64,000 nucleotides of DNA. Source: a virus. Lineage: Duplodnaviria > Caudoviricetes. The stretch lies in the IMG/VR virus record IMGVR_UViG_3300035180_001680; one strand, written 5' to 3'. How positions within the stretch are numbered: position 1 is the first letter of the stretch; each line of letters begins with the position of its first letter. This document shows positions 27,029-36,437 of this stretch, piece by piece. The position numbers and the translations under genes were made by a program. Under the pieces are notes generated by a model. The model made no database searches. It was given only the letters and a program-made list of their open reading frames with translations, and was not told the DNA's origin.

Positions 27029-28807
27029 ATGGAAATTAGATTTAAAACATTAACTTTAACGAATTTTATGTCTTATGGAAAAGTTAAAACAGTTATTGAC
27101 TTACAAAGAACCGGAACAACTTTAATCCTTGGTGAAGATTTAGATAATACTACCGAAGGACAAAGTAGTAACGGTGTTGGGAAAACGACTGTTATGAATG
27201 CTTTAACATATGCTTTATACGATAGACCAATTTCAGATATTAAAATCGATGAGCTTATTAATAATGTTAATAAAACTCATATGGAAGTTATTGTAGAATT
27301 TGTAAAAGGTGGTATTCCGTATCGTGTGGAACGAAGAAGAAAATCAGGAAAAAGTGGAAGAGATAACACTGTTCATTTGTTTATTGATGGAAAAGATAAG
27401 ACAAGAGGTGGTCCACACATTATGGATAAAGTAATTCTTGATATCATTGGAATGCCTTATGATATGTTCGTTCGTATTGTTGTTATTTCTGCAACACACT
27501 CTCCATTCCTTGATATGCCTGTTAATTCTCACTACCAAGCAAATCAGACTGATTTTATAGAACGACTATTTAATCTTACTGTATTATCTGAACAAGCTGT
27601 TATGTTAAAAGATTTGATTAAAAATACAGAAGATTCTATGAATATCAACAAAATGCGGATAGAACAGCTTGAAAAAGAACACATGCGTTTTGTAGAACAA
27701 ATCAAATCAGCAAAAATGAGAGTTGAGAATTGGAACAGTTCAAACTCTAAAACAATATTAACGTACGAACGCCAGTTAACAGAAGCTGAAGGAATTAATG
27801 TCGATGAAGAGCAAAAACTTCATCACGAGATTGATGAATTGGAAAGAAAATCTCGGGAAATTTTACAAGAAAAGAAACAAACCAAATCAATGATTGAAAA
27901 GTATAAAAAGATGATTGATGAGAGTACTCATGAACTTAAACACTTAACAGATCAACGATGTCCATATTGTTTACAACAATATGCTGATGCCGACTCTAAA
28001 ATCGACTCGTGTAAAGAAAGAATTGAAACATCAAATACACAACACGAAAAACTCATGAAAGAACTTGGTTTTATAGAAGAGGACGAACATGACCTTCAGC
28101 AGTTGTTAAAAGTATTAAAAAAGAGGCGACAGGTTAATGACGTAGACCAATTATTGGAAATACATTCACATAAACAAACTATACATCAAAAAGTTCAAGA
28201 CTTAAAAAATGCTGAAAATCCATTTTTAGAACCGCTTAAGGAATTAGAAGATTATCATCTTGACACAATTGATTATTCTGACTTGAATAAGTTGAAGAAA
28301 ACTCAAGACCATCAACAATTCTTACTAAAACTCTTAACGAAAAAAGACAGTTTTGTTCGTAAAGCGTTGTTAAATAAGAACTTACCATTCTTGAATACAC
28401 GACTTCACCACAATTTAACACAGTTGGGTTTAACACACAAAGTTGAATTCACTCATGAAATGACTGCCAATATTAGTTTGTTTGGAAGGCCGTTGAGTTT
28501 TGGCAACCTGTCTAATGGGCAACGCGCGAGAGTAAATTTGGCTCTCGCGTTAGCTTTTAGAGACGTTCTCCAAAAATTACATACTCCAATTAACATATGT
28601 TTACTTGATGAAGTTCTTGATGTTGGGTTAGACGCGGTTGGTGTTCAATCTGCTGGAAGAATGCTAAAAAAGAAAGCTCGAGATGAAAATCTGAACATCT
28701 TTATCATTTCACACAGAGATGAGATTGGGAATATCTTTGATAGGACAATGATGGTTCAAATGCAAAAAGGATTTAGTTCTATCAAAGATGTAACGGAACA
28801 AATTTAA
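27029..28807 (+). CDS. gp46: Recombination ATPase, Rad50/SbcC-like (gp46)
   Basis: Walker A NGVGKT, coiled coil with CPYC zinc hook, signature LSNGQ, Walker B LLDE. Confidence 0.93.
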   Translation: MEIRFKTLTLTNFMSYGKVKTVIDLQRTGTTLILGEDLDNTTEGQSSNGVGKTTVMNALTYALYDRPISDIKIDELINNVNKTHMEVIVEFVKGGIPYRVERRRKSGKSGRDNTVHLFIDGKDKTRGGPHIMDKVILDIIGMPYDMFVRIVVISATHSPFLDMPVNSHYQANQTDFIERLFNLTVLSEQAVMLKDLIKNTEDSMNINKMRIEQLEKEHMRFVEQIKSAKMRVENWNSSNSKTILTYERQLTEAEGINVDEEQKLHHEIDELERKSREILQEKKQTKSMIEKYKKMIDESTHELKHLTDQRCPYCLQQYADADSKIDSCKERIETSNTQHEKLMKELGFIEEDEHDLQQLLKVLKKRRQVNDVDQLLEIHSHKQTIHQKVQDLKNAENPFLEPLKELEDYHLDTIDYSDLNKLKKTQDHQQFLLKLLTKKDSFVRKALLNKNLPFLNTRLHHNLTQLGLTHKVEFTHEMTANISLFGRPLSFGNLSNGQRARVNLALALAFRDVLQKLHTPINICLLDEVLDVGLDAVGVQSAGRMLKKKARDENLNIFIISHRDEIGNIFDRTMMVQMQKGFSSIKDVTEQI

Positions 28808-29157
28808 AGTTTTATTACTCTGTCTGACAATACTTGGTTGAGAGCAGTTGGTGTGTTCCCTCTTCGGGCAACTTCTGTTCTAACACTATGTTGGATATTA
28901 TCTGGTAAACCCTTAATTGTATCCATTACAATTTTTGTAGCTTGGTTAATCTGTCCAGAATGATCATCATTCTTTGGTTTTTTTCTTTTCCGGTTCTTCT
29001 TCTCTTGAACCAAATAATGCCGACATTTTTTGGAATAAGTATTAACCGAGGAATCTAATCTGTTGGCTTGTGTCCTATAACCTTTGTTTTTTAACACTGG
29101 AATTAAGTGTTTGATAACAGTCAATAAACTACCACATTGTTCAATGGGGTAGTTCAC
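28804..29157 (-). CDS. Hypothetical basic protein
   Basis: 117-aa ORF, GTG start, fills the gap between gp46 and ruvC, convergent 4-nt overlap with gp46. Confidence 0.5.
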   Translation of the reverse strand: MNYPIEQCGSLLTVIKHLIPVLKNKGYRTQANRLDSSVNTYSKKCRHYLVQEKKNRKRKKPKNDDHSGQINQATKIVMDTIKGLPDNIQHSVRTEVARRGNTPTALNQVLSDRVIKL

Positions 29158-29211
29158 TCAGGTAACTATTTGAAATATTAACGTAAATATTCTCAACTTT
29201 TGGGGTATTTT

Positions 29212-29700
29212 ATGTTTCTGGGACTCGATCAATCATACAAATCTTTTGGGTATTGTCTTTTAGATAATAACAGCAATCTTATTGATTTTGGAACCATTAA
29301 AACTACCGATAAAGACGGTGATAAGGTTGATCGCTGCACTATCATTACAAAACAAATCATCCAGTATGTTGAAAAACATAGGCCAGTAAATATCACAATA
29401 GAAGGATTGGCATTTGGGATGAGAGGAGACGCTACCCGTGATTTGGCTGGGTTATTTTTTGTATTAGTAACTTCGCTACGCAATTACGGGTTTAATCCTG
29501 TAGTAGTAACTCCTCTTTCATTAAAAAAATTTGCAACTGGAAGTGGGAAATCTGAAAAAGCACAAATGGTAGATGCCCTACCACAAGAAGTTAAAGACAA
29601 GTTCATCGATGCTGGATACAAAAAAACCACCGGTCTTACAGATTTAGCGGATGCTTATTTTTTGTCTAAATATGCGTCTACTATAAATACTACAAAATAG
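29212..29700 (+). CDS. ruvC: RuvC-like Holliday junction resolvase
   Basis: LGLDQS, ITIEG, TPLSLKKFATGSGKSEK, DLADAY catalytic pattern; start moved to ATG 29212. Confidence 0.82.
   Translation: MFLGLDQSYKSFGYCLLDNNSNLIDFGTIKTTDKDGDKVDRCTIITKQIIQYVEKHRPVNITIEGLAFGMRGDATRDLAGLFFVLVTSLRNYGFNPVVVTPLSLKKFATGSGKSEKAQMVDALPQEVKDKFIDAGYKKTTGLTDLADAYFLSKYASTINTTK
29682..29689 (+). promoter_or_regulatory. Late promoter TATAAATA
   Basis: Exact motif 21 nt upstream of 29711. Confidence 0.7.
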
Positions 29701-29710
29701 GAGAGATTAA

Positions 29711-30100
29711 ATGTCTTTTAAATTACTTAAAGAAATGATGGATGGGGAATTTTCATTTGATACATCCATGGGGCAAGGTGGAGATAATCAAGAACCGAAT
29801 CCAGCCGCTAATATATTTTCAAAACAAACACAAGACCATCCTGATGTAATCGCTATGGATGTTCCTACTTTAATTCGTATCATGGAATGGGCACACGAAG
29901 ACTGCAAAGACGATGTAATGCTTCATCAGTTCGCAAATGCTTTAATTCTTACAAGTTTTAGACATTCACCTTTGGATATTGATGATTATCAAGAGGTTGT
30001 TGATTCACTTACAACAGAACCGAACGGTGGTGGTAGTGGAACAACGGAACCAAGTCAACCAACAATGAGTAGAGAACCTGTAGCTATTTTCAATAATTAA
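29711..30100 (+). CDS. Hypothetical late protein
   Basis: 129 aa; GGAG SD; own late promoter and terminator. Confidence 0.75.
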   Translation: MSFKLLKEMMDGEFSFDTSMGQGGDNQEPNPAANIFSKQTQDHPDVIAMDVPTLIRIMEWAHEDCKDDVMLHQFANALILTSFRHSPLDIDDYQEVVDSLTTEPNGGGSGTTEPSQPTMSREPVAIFNN

Positions 30101-30117
30101 AAACATTCAATCAAGAG

Positions 30118-30143
30118 AAAAGGTCAATTCGTTGACCTTTTTT
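30118..30143 (+). terminator. Rho-independent terminator with UUCG loop
   Basis: AAAAGGTCAA-TTCG-TTGACCTTTT followed by TT. Confidence 0.8.
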
Positions 30144-30160
30144 CTATTTTGGGGTATAGT
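30132..30160 (+). promoter_or_regulatory. Sigma70-type promoter TTGACC-N17-TATAGT
   Basis: -35 lies in the 3' arm of the terminator; upstream of 30192. Confidence 0.6.
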
Positions 30161-30191
30161 TAAATTGTTTTCAACTTTTTAAGGGCCTACA

Positions 30192-30692
30192 ATGTCTGAC
30201 GAACTAGAACCTGAAATTATATACGTTAATCAATTAAACGCCGCGTTGCTGAATGAAGTTAACCAACCAACTAACGAGTTCCCGGAATTTTTTGCTGGAT
30301 GGTACATTGATGGTTTGTTTGCTGGTGGTTCCTTAACTCACCGAGCTGTCTGGACTTGGTATATTTGGCTGTTCGATGCAAAAGCACTTGCACTTGCTGC
30401 CTCAATTGGTGTTATCACGAGTGATTCGTTTAAACCTCGTGATATAACAGGAAATGTGTTGATGAATTTGTTTATATTCTTTCTAACATCAATCATTGGT
30501 TTTGTTGTTCCCGTCACTTTGGGAATATTGCATGACGTATTTTTACTACCAATTGAGTTCTTAGGAAATTTCCGAATAGCTTGTAAGTTGAGAGAACAAG
30601 GAAATCAGTGGCAATGGACGAACGGAAAAACTAACGTAGAAAGAGTTGAGTTTATTAAAAACACACTTCAATATTCACCGTTTAACAACTAA
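30192..30692 (+). CDS. Hypothetical membrane protein
   Basis: 166 aa with hydrophobic stretches (VWTWYIWLF..., LMNLFIFFLTSIIGFVVPVTLGIL). Confidence 0.65.
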   Translation: MSDELEPEIIYVNQLNAALLNEVNQPTNEFPEFFAGWYIDGLFAGGSLTHRAVWTWYIWLFDAKALALAASIGVITSDSFKPRDITGNVLMNLFIFFLTSIIGFVVPVTLGILHDVFLLPIEFLGNFRIACKLREQGNQWQWTNGKTNVERVEFIKNTLQYSPFNN

Positions 30693-30708
30693 TTAGGCTG
30701 TGTGATTG

Positions 30709-30743
30709 TTGAATAGTATACAGGAATAACGTATACTATTCGA
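30709..30743. promoter_or_regulatory. 11-bp inverted repeat overlapping a TTGAAT-N17-TATACT promoter
   Basis: GAATAGTATAC (30711-21), 9-nt spacer, GTATACTATTC (30731-41). Confidence 0.55.
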
Positions 30744-30766
30744 AATCCTCATAAAAAGAACTGTCA

Positions 30767-32374
30767 ATGACAATATTAAATTACTTTACTCCAAATACAC
30801 ACAAACCCAGAGAATCTCAAATTACAGCACTCGAGTGGATAGAAAAACAAAGTGCAAAGTATATCATATGTGAAATTCCAGTCGGTGGAGGTAAATCTGA
30901 TATTGCCTTAACATTCGCAGAATACTTAAACAATGGAAAGAACCTTCCTAATGGTTCCTACATTCTTACACCACAAAAAGTTTTACAACACCAATACGAA
31001 AAAACATTTGAACACATTTCACCTCCAATTCTCGCAACGTTATATGGAAAAGGTAACTATAAATGTGCATCAAGAAATACAACTTGTGACATTGGAGGTA
31101 TTCTAAAACCAAAATGTTCTGCTTGTCCACACGAATACGCGAAGACTTTAGCTAAAGTAAGACCCCATGTTGTTTTAAACTATAAGCTCGCATTGTTATT
31201 ATTGGGTTTTACAACAATATTTAAAAGTACACGAAAGTTGATGATATTTGACGAGTGTCATAACATGGAACAAGAATTAACAGAATTTGATTCTGTTTTA
31301 ATTTCAAAAAAACGATGCGAGAAATACAATCTCCCATATAAAGAATTCCCGAATATAACATTGGCCTTTAAATGGTTACAATACACGTATCTAGAAGCAT
31401 TGTTACATCTCGTTGATGAAATGACGGAAGAATATTCATACATGCTTGATTCAGCTTATTCTGTTGAATCCAATGAAGATATTAAAAAAATTCGGGAATT
31501 GAACTCACTGTCGGAACACGCTGGAACCATTGAAGCTCTTATAACTGGGAGTGATGTAGAACAAATTGAAGATTTGTATGTTCTTATAAAAGACCCGAAT
31601 TTTATTAAATTTAAGAGATTGTCTGCTGCTCACAGTTTTCAATCAATATTAGAGCCACGTGCAGAAAAATTCTTATTTCTATCATCTACTGTTCTTGATT
31701 ATAAACAATTCTGTGCTGATTTAGGTATAAATGAAAAAGAAACAGCTTTTCTTTCGTTGGATTCTGAATTTCCCAAAGAACATCGTCCAATCTTTTACAT
31801 GCCAGTTATGAAAATGAACGCTTCGTGGAAAGAAGATCAAAACAGAACAGGTAGAAAAGAATTAAGTTCAACACTTATTAAACTGTTAAACGATCACCAT
31901 TCAAGTGAATCGGGTATTATTCATACTGCAAATTTCGCAATTTCAAAGTGGATAATAGGAGAGTTAACAGACAAAATTCCTCATAAAATCTTTCATCACA
32001 ATCCTGACAGTGGGATGGAGAGAGGAATGATAATTGATGGTTTTCAAAAAAACGATAAACCTGGACTACTAATATCACCAAGTATAACAGAAGGATTGGA
32101 TTTATTTGATGACTTGTCACGTTTTGCCATATTCGCAAAGGTTCCGTTTGGGTTTTTGGGGGATGAGTGGATTAAACGGAAAATGGAACTATCCCAACAA
32201 TGGTATATGAGACAAGCACTAATTGAAATCATCCAAGGGTCCGGACGAGTCGTTAGATCCAAGAATGATTGGGGTACTGTATACATTTTAGATAGTTCTT
32301 TTGGTTATCTTATGAACAAAACGAGGTATATGATCCCAAAATGGTGGTTAGAGGCGTTCCAACAAGTGTATTAA
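30767..32374 (+). CDS. DinG/XPD-like SF2 helicase
   Basis: Q motif RESQ, Walker A PVGGGKS, DECH, Cys cluster (C..C..C..C), TEGLDL, QGSGRVVRS. Confidence 0.85.
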   Translation: MTILNYFTPNTHKPRESQITALEWIEKQSAKYIICEIPVGGGKSDIALTFAEYLNNGKNLPNGSYILTPQKVLQHQYEKTFEHISPPILATLYGKGNYKCASRNTTCDIGGILKPKCSACPHEYAKTLAKVRPHVVLNYKLALLLLGFTTIFKSTRKLMIFDECHNMEQELTEFDSVLISKKRCEKYNLPYKEFPNITLAFKWLQYTYLEALLHLVDEMTEEYSYMLDSAYSVESNEDIKKIRELNSLSEHAGTIEALITGSDVEQIEDLYVLIKDPNFIKFKRLSAAHSFQSILEPRAEKFLFLSSTVLDYKQFCADLGINEKETAFLSLDSEFPKEHRPIFYMPVMKMNASWKEDQNRTGRKELSSTLIKLLNDHHSSESGIIHTANFAISKWIIGELTDKIPHKIFHHNPDSGMERGMIIDGFQKNDKPGLLISPSITEGLDLFDDLSRFAIFAKVPFGFLGDEWIKRKMELSQQWYMRQALIEIIQGSGRVVRSKNDWGTVYILDSSFGYLMNKTRYMIPKWWLEAFQQVY

Positions 32375-32601
32375 TAGATTGGTGTTGGGCGCTTTGATTC
32401 TTGTTCGAATCTCTTTTTTAAAAAATTATCAATGATTCGACGTTCAGGATATGTCATATACATAGCTTCAGTGTATTGTACACTCCCACGCATGAAATAA
32501 ATCATATTGACAATATTTTCAATTATTGCCTCTGCTTCACGTTGAAGTTGTTTAATGTGATTTATTTTTTCTTCAGTAGAACCCCACCGAAGAATTACAT
32601 A
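32371..32601 (-). CDS. -1 frame extension of the gp26-like chaperone (76 codons, gp51/GT-like)
   Basis: Manual translation YVILRWGSTEEKINHIKQLQREAEAIIENIVNMIYFMRGSVQYTEAMYMTYPERRIIDNFLKKRFEQESKRPTPIY*; no ATG/GTG/TTG between the upstream in-frame stop and an internal Met near 32507; not in the ORF track. Confidence 0.65.
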   Translation of the reverse strand, partial: YVILRWGSTEEKINHIKQLQREAEAIIENIVNMIYFMRGSVQYTEAMYMTYPERRIIDNFLKKRFEQESKRPTPIY

Positions 32602-32607
32602 AAAAAA
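32569..32607 (-). promoter_or_regulatory. Putative programmed -1 ribosomal frameshift signal
   Basis: U UUU UUU heptamer (32607-32601), 6-nt spacer, 11-bp hairpin UUCUUCGGUGG-GGUU-CUACUGAAGAA (32594-32569). Confidence 0.7.
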
Positions 32608-33389
32608 GTTAGCGGGTTGAGTGTAACCGACAACTCTACCTCCTGCCCGCAGTCAACACATTCAGCCGTATAATGAAAATCTGGACCCCATTCACTACCT
32701 TTTTCAATTGTTTTTGATATATCGTTGAACCATGCAACTGGAATAGATTTTAACCAATCGATTATCATATCACTATCTGTTATTTCATCAACAGCAACAA
32801 TCATAAATGCTACTGACCGTATTAACTGATCTCCTAAACCATCATCTTGTTGTTGATCGTTAATAGATTGCATTATATTAATAATGTTATTAAATCTCAT
32901 CGGTTGAAGCTTGACGACTTGATAATTAGGCATTGTCATTGAAAAATCAACGTTGAGTTGTGTTGGATCTATTGGTTTAGAAGCAGCTAGAATTTTTGAT
33001 AAGGAGATTGAATATGCATGACTTTTAGCATCCTTGCAATTATGTGTGTAATTTACGTCGATAACATCGCCATAAGTAACTTTTCGAATTGCCGTCATAA
33101 TATAGTCAATGTCTTTTGATAACATATTCATTGGGTTTTTAATTTGAGGAGCACATTGAGCAAACACTTCAAGAAGTGCATCTCCATTTAACATCTTATC
33201 AGGACTCCGTAACAGAATTTCACTCATCGCTGTTAAAGGATATAAGTGGATTTCTCCATTTCGAACATCATCACTCAATTCACCATTTTTGTAAAATAAC
33301 CCATTTGATGGTAACCGAACTGTTTCTCCTGGGATTTTAATTCGTTCTAAAAGTGGATTGGATTTGATTTCTTGTGATTGTACATCCAT
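32595..33389 (-). CDS. Baseplate hub/tail assembly chaperone (gp26-like)
   Basis: VRLPSNGLFY...HLYPLTAMSEILL...DIDYIM..IRKVTYG...CVDCG...LTFF; AAGGAG SD; divergent from the tape measure gene. Confidence 0.7.
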   Translation of the reverse strand: MDVQSQEIKSNPLLERIKIPGETVRLPSNGLFYKNGELSDDVRNGEIHLYPLTAMSEILLRSPDKMLNGDALLEVFAQCAPQIKNPMNMLSKDIDYIMTAIRKVTYGDVIDVNYTHNCKDAKSHAYSISLSKILAASKPIDPTQLNVDFSMTMPNYQVVKLQPMRFNNIINIMQSINDQQQDDGLGDQLIRSVAFMIVAVDEITDSDMIIDWLKSIPVAWFNDISKTIEKGSEWGPDFHYTAECVDCGQEVELSVTLNPLTFFM

Positions 33390-33476
33390 GATATCTCCTT
33401 GTTTATTTTAATATATATAGTGGATTATTAGACCCTATCATATCATTGTAAATATGTATACTTATTAGGACTTTTT

Positions 33477-36380
33477 ATGGCTACTCTAAACCAATCTGAT
33501 GTTCAACAAATTGCTTCAAGTTTGTTGAGTTCTTTACAGTCGGCAGCAGGACAAAGTGCTTCTTTTTCGAGAGCTTATGGTACTACGTCGGGTACTACAG
33601 GTGGTGTAAACAGAGCAAGAAATTCTGAAACAAACGCCGATTTTCGAAATTTAACAAAAGCTGCTGATTCGTTATCAGCAAGATTTTTTGGTGTTATTAA
33701 ATCATCTGGAACTTTTGTTAAATCGATGGATTCTTTCAATAAAGTTCAAGTAGACAATATAACAAAAGCACGACTTCAAAGCAAGTACGCATCGGAAGTT
33801 GTTGCAAATTTTTACGAAACAGTTAGTGATCTTAAAAAAGCCAATAAAGAGCTCCCAGAAGCGTTTGACAAATTAAAAGATGGAATTTCTTCGGGAAATA
33901 AATTTATTGAAGCTGCTTTGAAAGGTGTTAGCGTAAAAACTGTTGAAGATTTTGATAATGTGTTTCGAGCTTTAAGGGGTGCTAGTGTTGAACTCGGACA
34001 GTCGAGAAGAGCAATTGCTTCCAATGTGGCTGAATTAGATAGATTAAAAGAAGAGATTGCTAAATCTAACCCAATGGATGTTGAAACATATAAACTTCAA
34101 AAACAATATGACCAAATTCTTGAAAAAACGGTTAGTGAAATGCAAAAGCATGGTGCATTGACTAGTGTAACTGCTGAACAACAGAAGAAAGAAGGACATC
34201 TTGTATTAGATATGATCAAGAGTGATACCACACTCAAAGATCTGAAAGCAGACGAAATTAAGGGAACGAAAGCATTAAACAAAGGAACTATTAATTTAGT
34301 TTCTGATTTTGAAAAAGCGGATAAAAGTATTAAAAGTTTTAAAGACAAACTAAAAGAAAGTTTGTTTGACAAAGCTATTGGGAAAATGGGAGGAAATGCT
34401 GCCGAGGCTGCTTTAATGAGAAACCAAGGTTCGTCTATGTTGGGTGCATTGGCGAAACAACTCCCAGCGGCAATTGTGAAGATTGGAATTGATGTTTCAA
34501 AAGAACTTGCTAGTGAAGCCATGGACCAAGCAAAAACAGCTTTTGAGACTGGTGTTGGACCTATGGCTGCATTTGCCCTTCAGTTGAGAATGACTGCCCC
34601 AGAATTACAAAAAATTATGGCATTAAACAAAAGTGCAGCATTTTTCGGTAAAGAGGGGATTGAACAAACAACTAAAAATTTAAAAGAGCTAGAAGATCAC
34701 AGTAATGCATTTTTAGAACTTACAGGTAGTGCTGGTGGTGCAGCTCAATTGATGTTGTCAACCCAACATTTCACCAAAGCGTTTTCGGATGGAACTCAAA
34801 CGATATCTCAAGGGACAACAACGTGGGGAAAACATCTTTCGCAGATGAATTTGTTGACGGGTGAAAGTGCTCAATCAATAATGGATAGCACTAATGCGAT
34901 GATGGGTGATTCGGATATTCAGTTGAAGTTACAGGGTTTGCGAGGGAAAGAGGCAGATGCGTTAATGGAGAGTATTAGGTCTCGTCAGTTAGAATTCGGT
35001 GCTGTAGGAATGTCAACAGAACAAGCAAATGCTTATACTAAAGCTCTTGCAGGATTACAAGCAGAAACTATTCCAGATTCAGCTAAGCATGCTGGAATGG
35101 TTGCAGTAGAATTGTCTCAAGCTGGGATGTCTGGAACGGGTGTTATGAAAGAAATTCAACAGATAATGTTGGGCAGAGAAATGTCCAATGAAGCTGTTGC
35201 GTTGTTAGCTAAACATCAAACAGGTTTATTGAAAACGCAAATGATGGGCTCTGATAATCAAGCTGCTTTTGTTGCGAGAGCTTTAAGAGAACAGTTTGTG
35301 CCAGGTCAAGGTTCAAATGTTGGAACTATGGTAGGATTGACGAAAGAGAAGCAACGTCTCGCTGCTACTGGAAATTTGGCTACTAAAGAACAAATTGCTG
35401 CGGCAGGTGGAGAAGGGATTGGTGGAAAAATGGGTGGTCTTGTTAAGATGGGTGAAGAATTTATCAAGACTGTTGAAGTTGCAACTGCATCAAAAGGAAA
35501 CATGTATGCGTATGTTGAGGATTTTGGAAAAAGTGTAAAAATGTTTGCCGATACAGTTGCTGGTGGGGCGGAGGCTGCAGGAGGTTTAGTGAAGAAAGTT
35601 GGAAGTACTGGGGCTGGAGCAACTATGATGGCATTATTTGGAGGTACATTAGCTGGGTCATTATTGTTAAGTCCTGGGTTGGGGTTAGGAAAAATGTTAG
35701 CCACAAAGGGGATTGGTCAATCTTTGGGTTCTATTTTTGGCGGAGGTGGTGGACCAACTCCCGTTTCAGGGGCTGGAAGTAGTAGACTTGGAAAAGTGTT
35801 ATCCAATGGAAAATATTTAAACACAAAAACTATGTTAAAAGGAATGGGAAAAGGTGGACTTGGTTGGATTGGATCTGCAGCTTTAGGTGGTTTGTCGGAT
35901 TATGCTGGGAGAGATACGAAAACAGGAGCTTTTGCAGATATAGGTAGTGATGCCTTGAATATGGCTGGAACAGGAGCAATGTTAGGAAGTTTGGTTGGAC
36001 CTGCAGGAACTGCGATAGGTGGAGCGATAGGTGGAATAGTTGGTGGTGCCTATGGATTGTATGATAACTGGGGGACTTTAACTGGAAAAAACCAAACTTC
36101 AACCCCAACAATTCCAACTGGTTCAGCACCAAAAGCATTCCAAAGTATGAACGATGTTCAACAACAAACTTCTTCACAATTGGATATGATGGTAACACAG
36201 TTGCAGATTATTTCAAATACATTGGGAGTAAATGTGAAACATTCAGAAAAAACTAGTATTGCAACTCAAAATTTGAATCAAGCATACCAAACAGTTGAAA
36301 ATGAAAAAATTATACAAGAACGCACGAAGATGGGAAAATTGGCAGCGATTTTACCAATTAACAATCCATCCGCTGTATGA
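33477..36380 (+). CDS. Tape measure protein (probable)
   Basis: 967 aa, Ala/Gly-rich, helical, C-terminal glycine-zipper hydrophobic segments; adjacent to the chaperone gene. Confidence 0.65.
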   Translation: MATLNQSDVQQIASSLLSSLQSAAGQSASFSRAYGTTSGTTGGVNRARNSETNADFRNLTKAADSLSARFFGVIKSSGTFVKSMDSFNKVQVDNITKARLQSKYASEVVANFYETVSDLKKANKELPEAFDKLKDGISSGNKFIEAALKGVSVKTVEDFDNVFRALRGASVELGQSRRAIASNVAELDRLKEEIAKSNPMDVETYKLQKQYDQILEKTVSEMQKHGALTSVTAEQQKKEGHLVLDMIKSDTTLKDLKADEIKGTKALNKGTINLVSDFEKADKSIKSFKDKLKESLFDKAIGKMGGNAAEAALMRNQGSSMLGALAKQLPAAIVKIGIDVSKELASEAMDQAKTAFETGVGPMAAFALQLRMTAPELQKIMALNKSAAFFGKEGIEQTTKNLKELEDHSNAFLELTGSAGGAAQLMLSTQHFTKAFSDGTQTISQGTTTWGKHLSQMNLLTGESAQSIMDSTNAMMGDSDIQLKLQGLRGKEADALMESIRSRQLEFGAVGMSTEQANAYTKALAGLQAETIPDSAKHAGMVAVELSQAGMSGTGVMKEIQQIMLGREMSNEAVALLAKHQTGLLKTQMMGSDNQAAFVARALREQFVPGQGSNVGTMVGLTKEKQRLAATGNLATKEQIAAAGGEGIGGKMGGLVKMGEEFIKTVEVATASKGNMYAYVEDFGKSVKMFADTVAGGAEAAGGLVKKVGSTGAGATMMALFGGTLAGSLLLSPGLGLGKMLATKGIGQSLGSIFGGGGGPTPVSGAGSSRLGKVLSNGKYLNTKTMLKGMGKGGLGWIGSAALGGLSDYAGRDTKTGAFADIGSDALNMAGTGAMLGSLVGPAGTAIGGAIGGIVGGAYGLYDNWGTLTGKNQTSTPTIPTGSAPKAFQSMNDVQQQTSSQLDMMVTQLQIISNTLGVNVKHSEKTSIATQNLNQAYQTVENEKIIQERTKMGKLAAILPINNPSAV

Positions 36381-36437
36381 TAAGAATTCCTCCGGATATT
36401 TAACAATAAATACTTATTAACAACAAAGAAGAAAATT

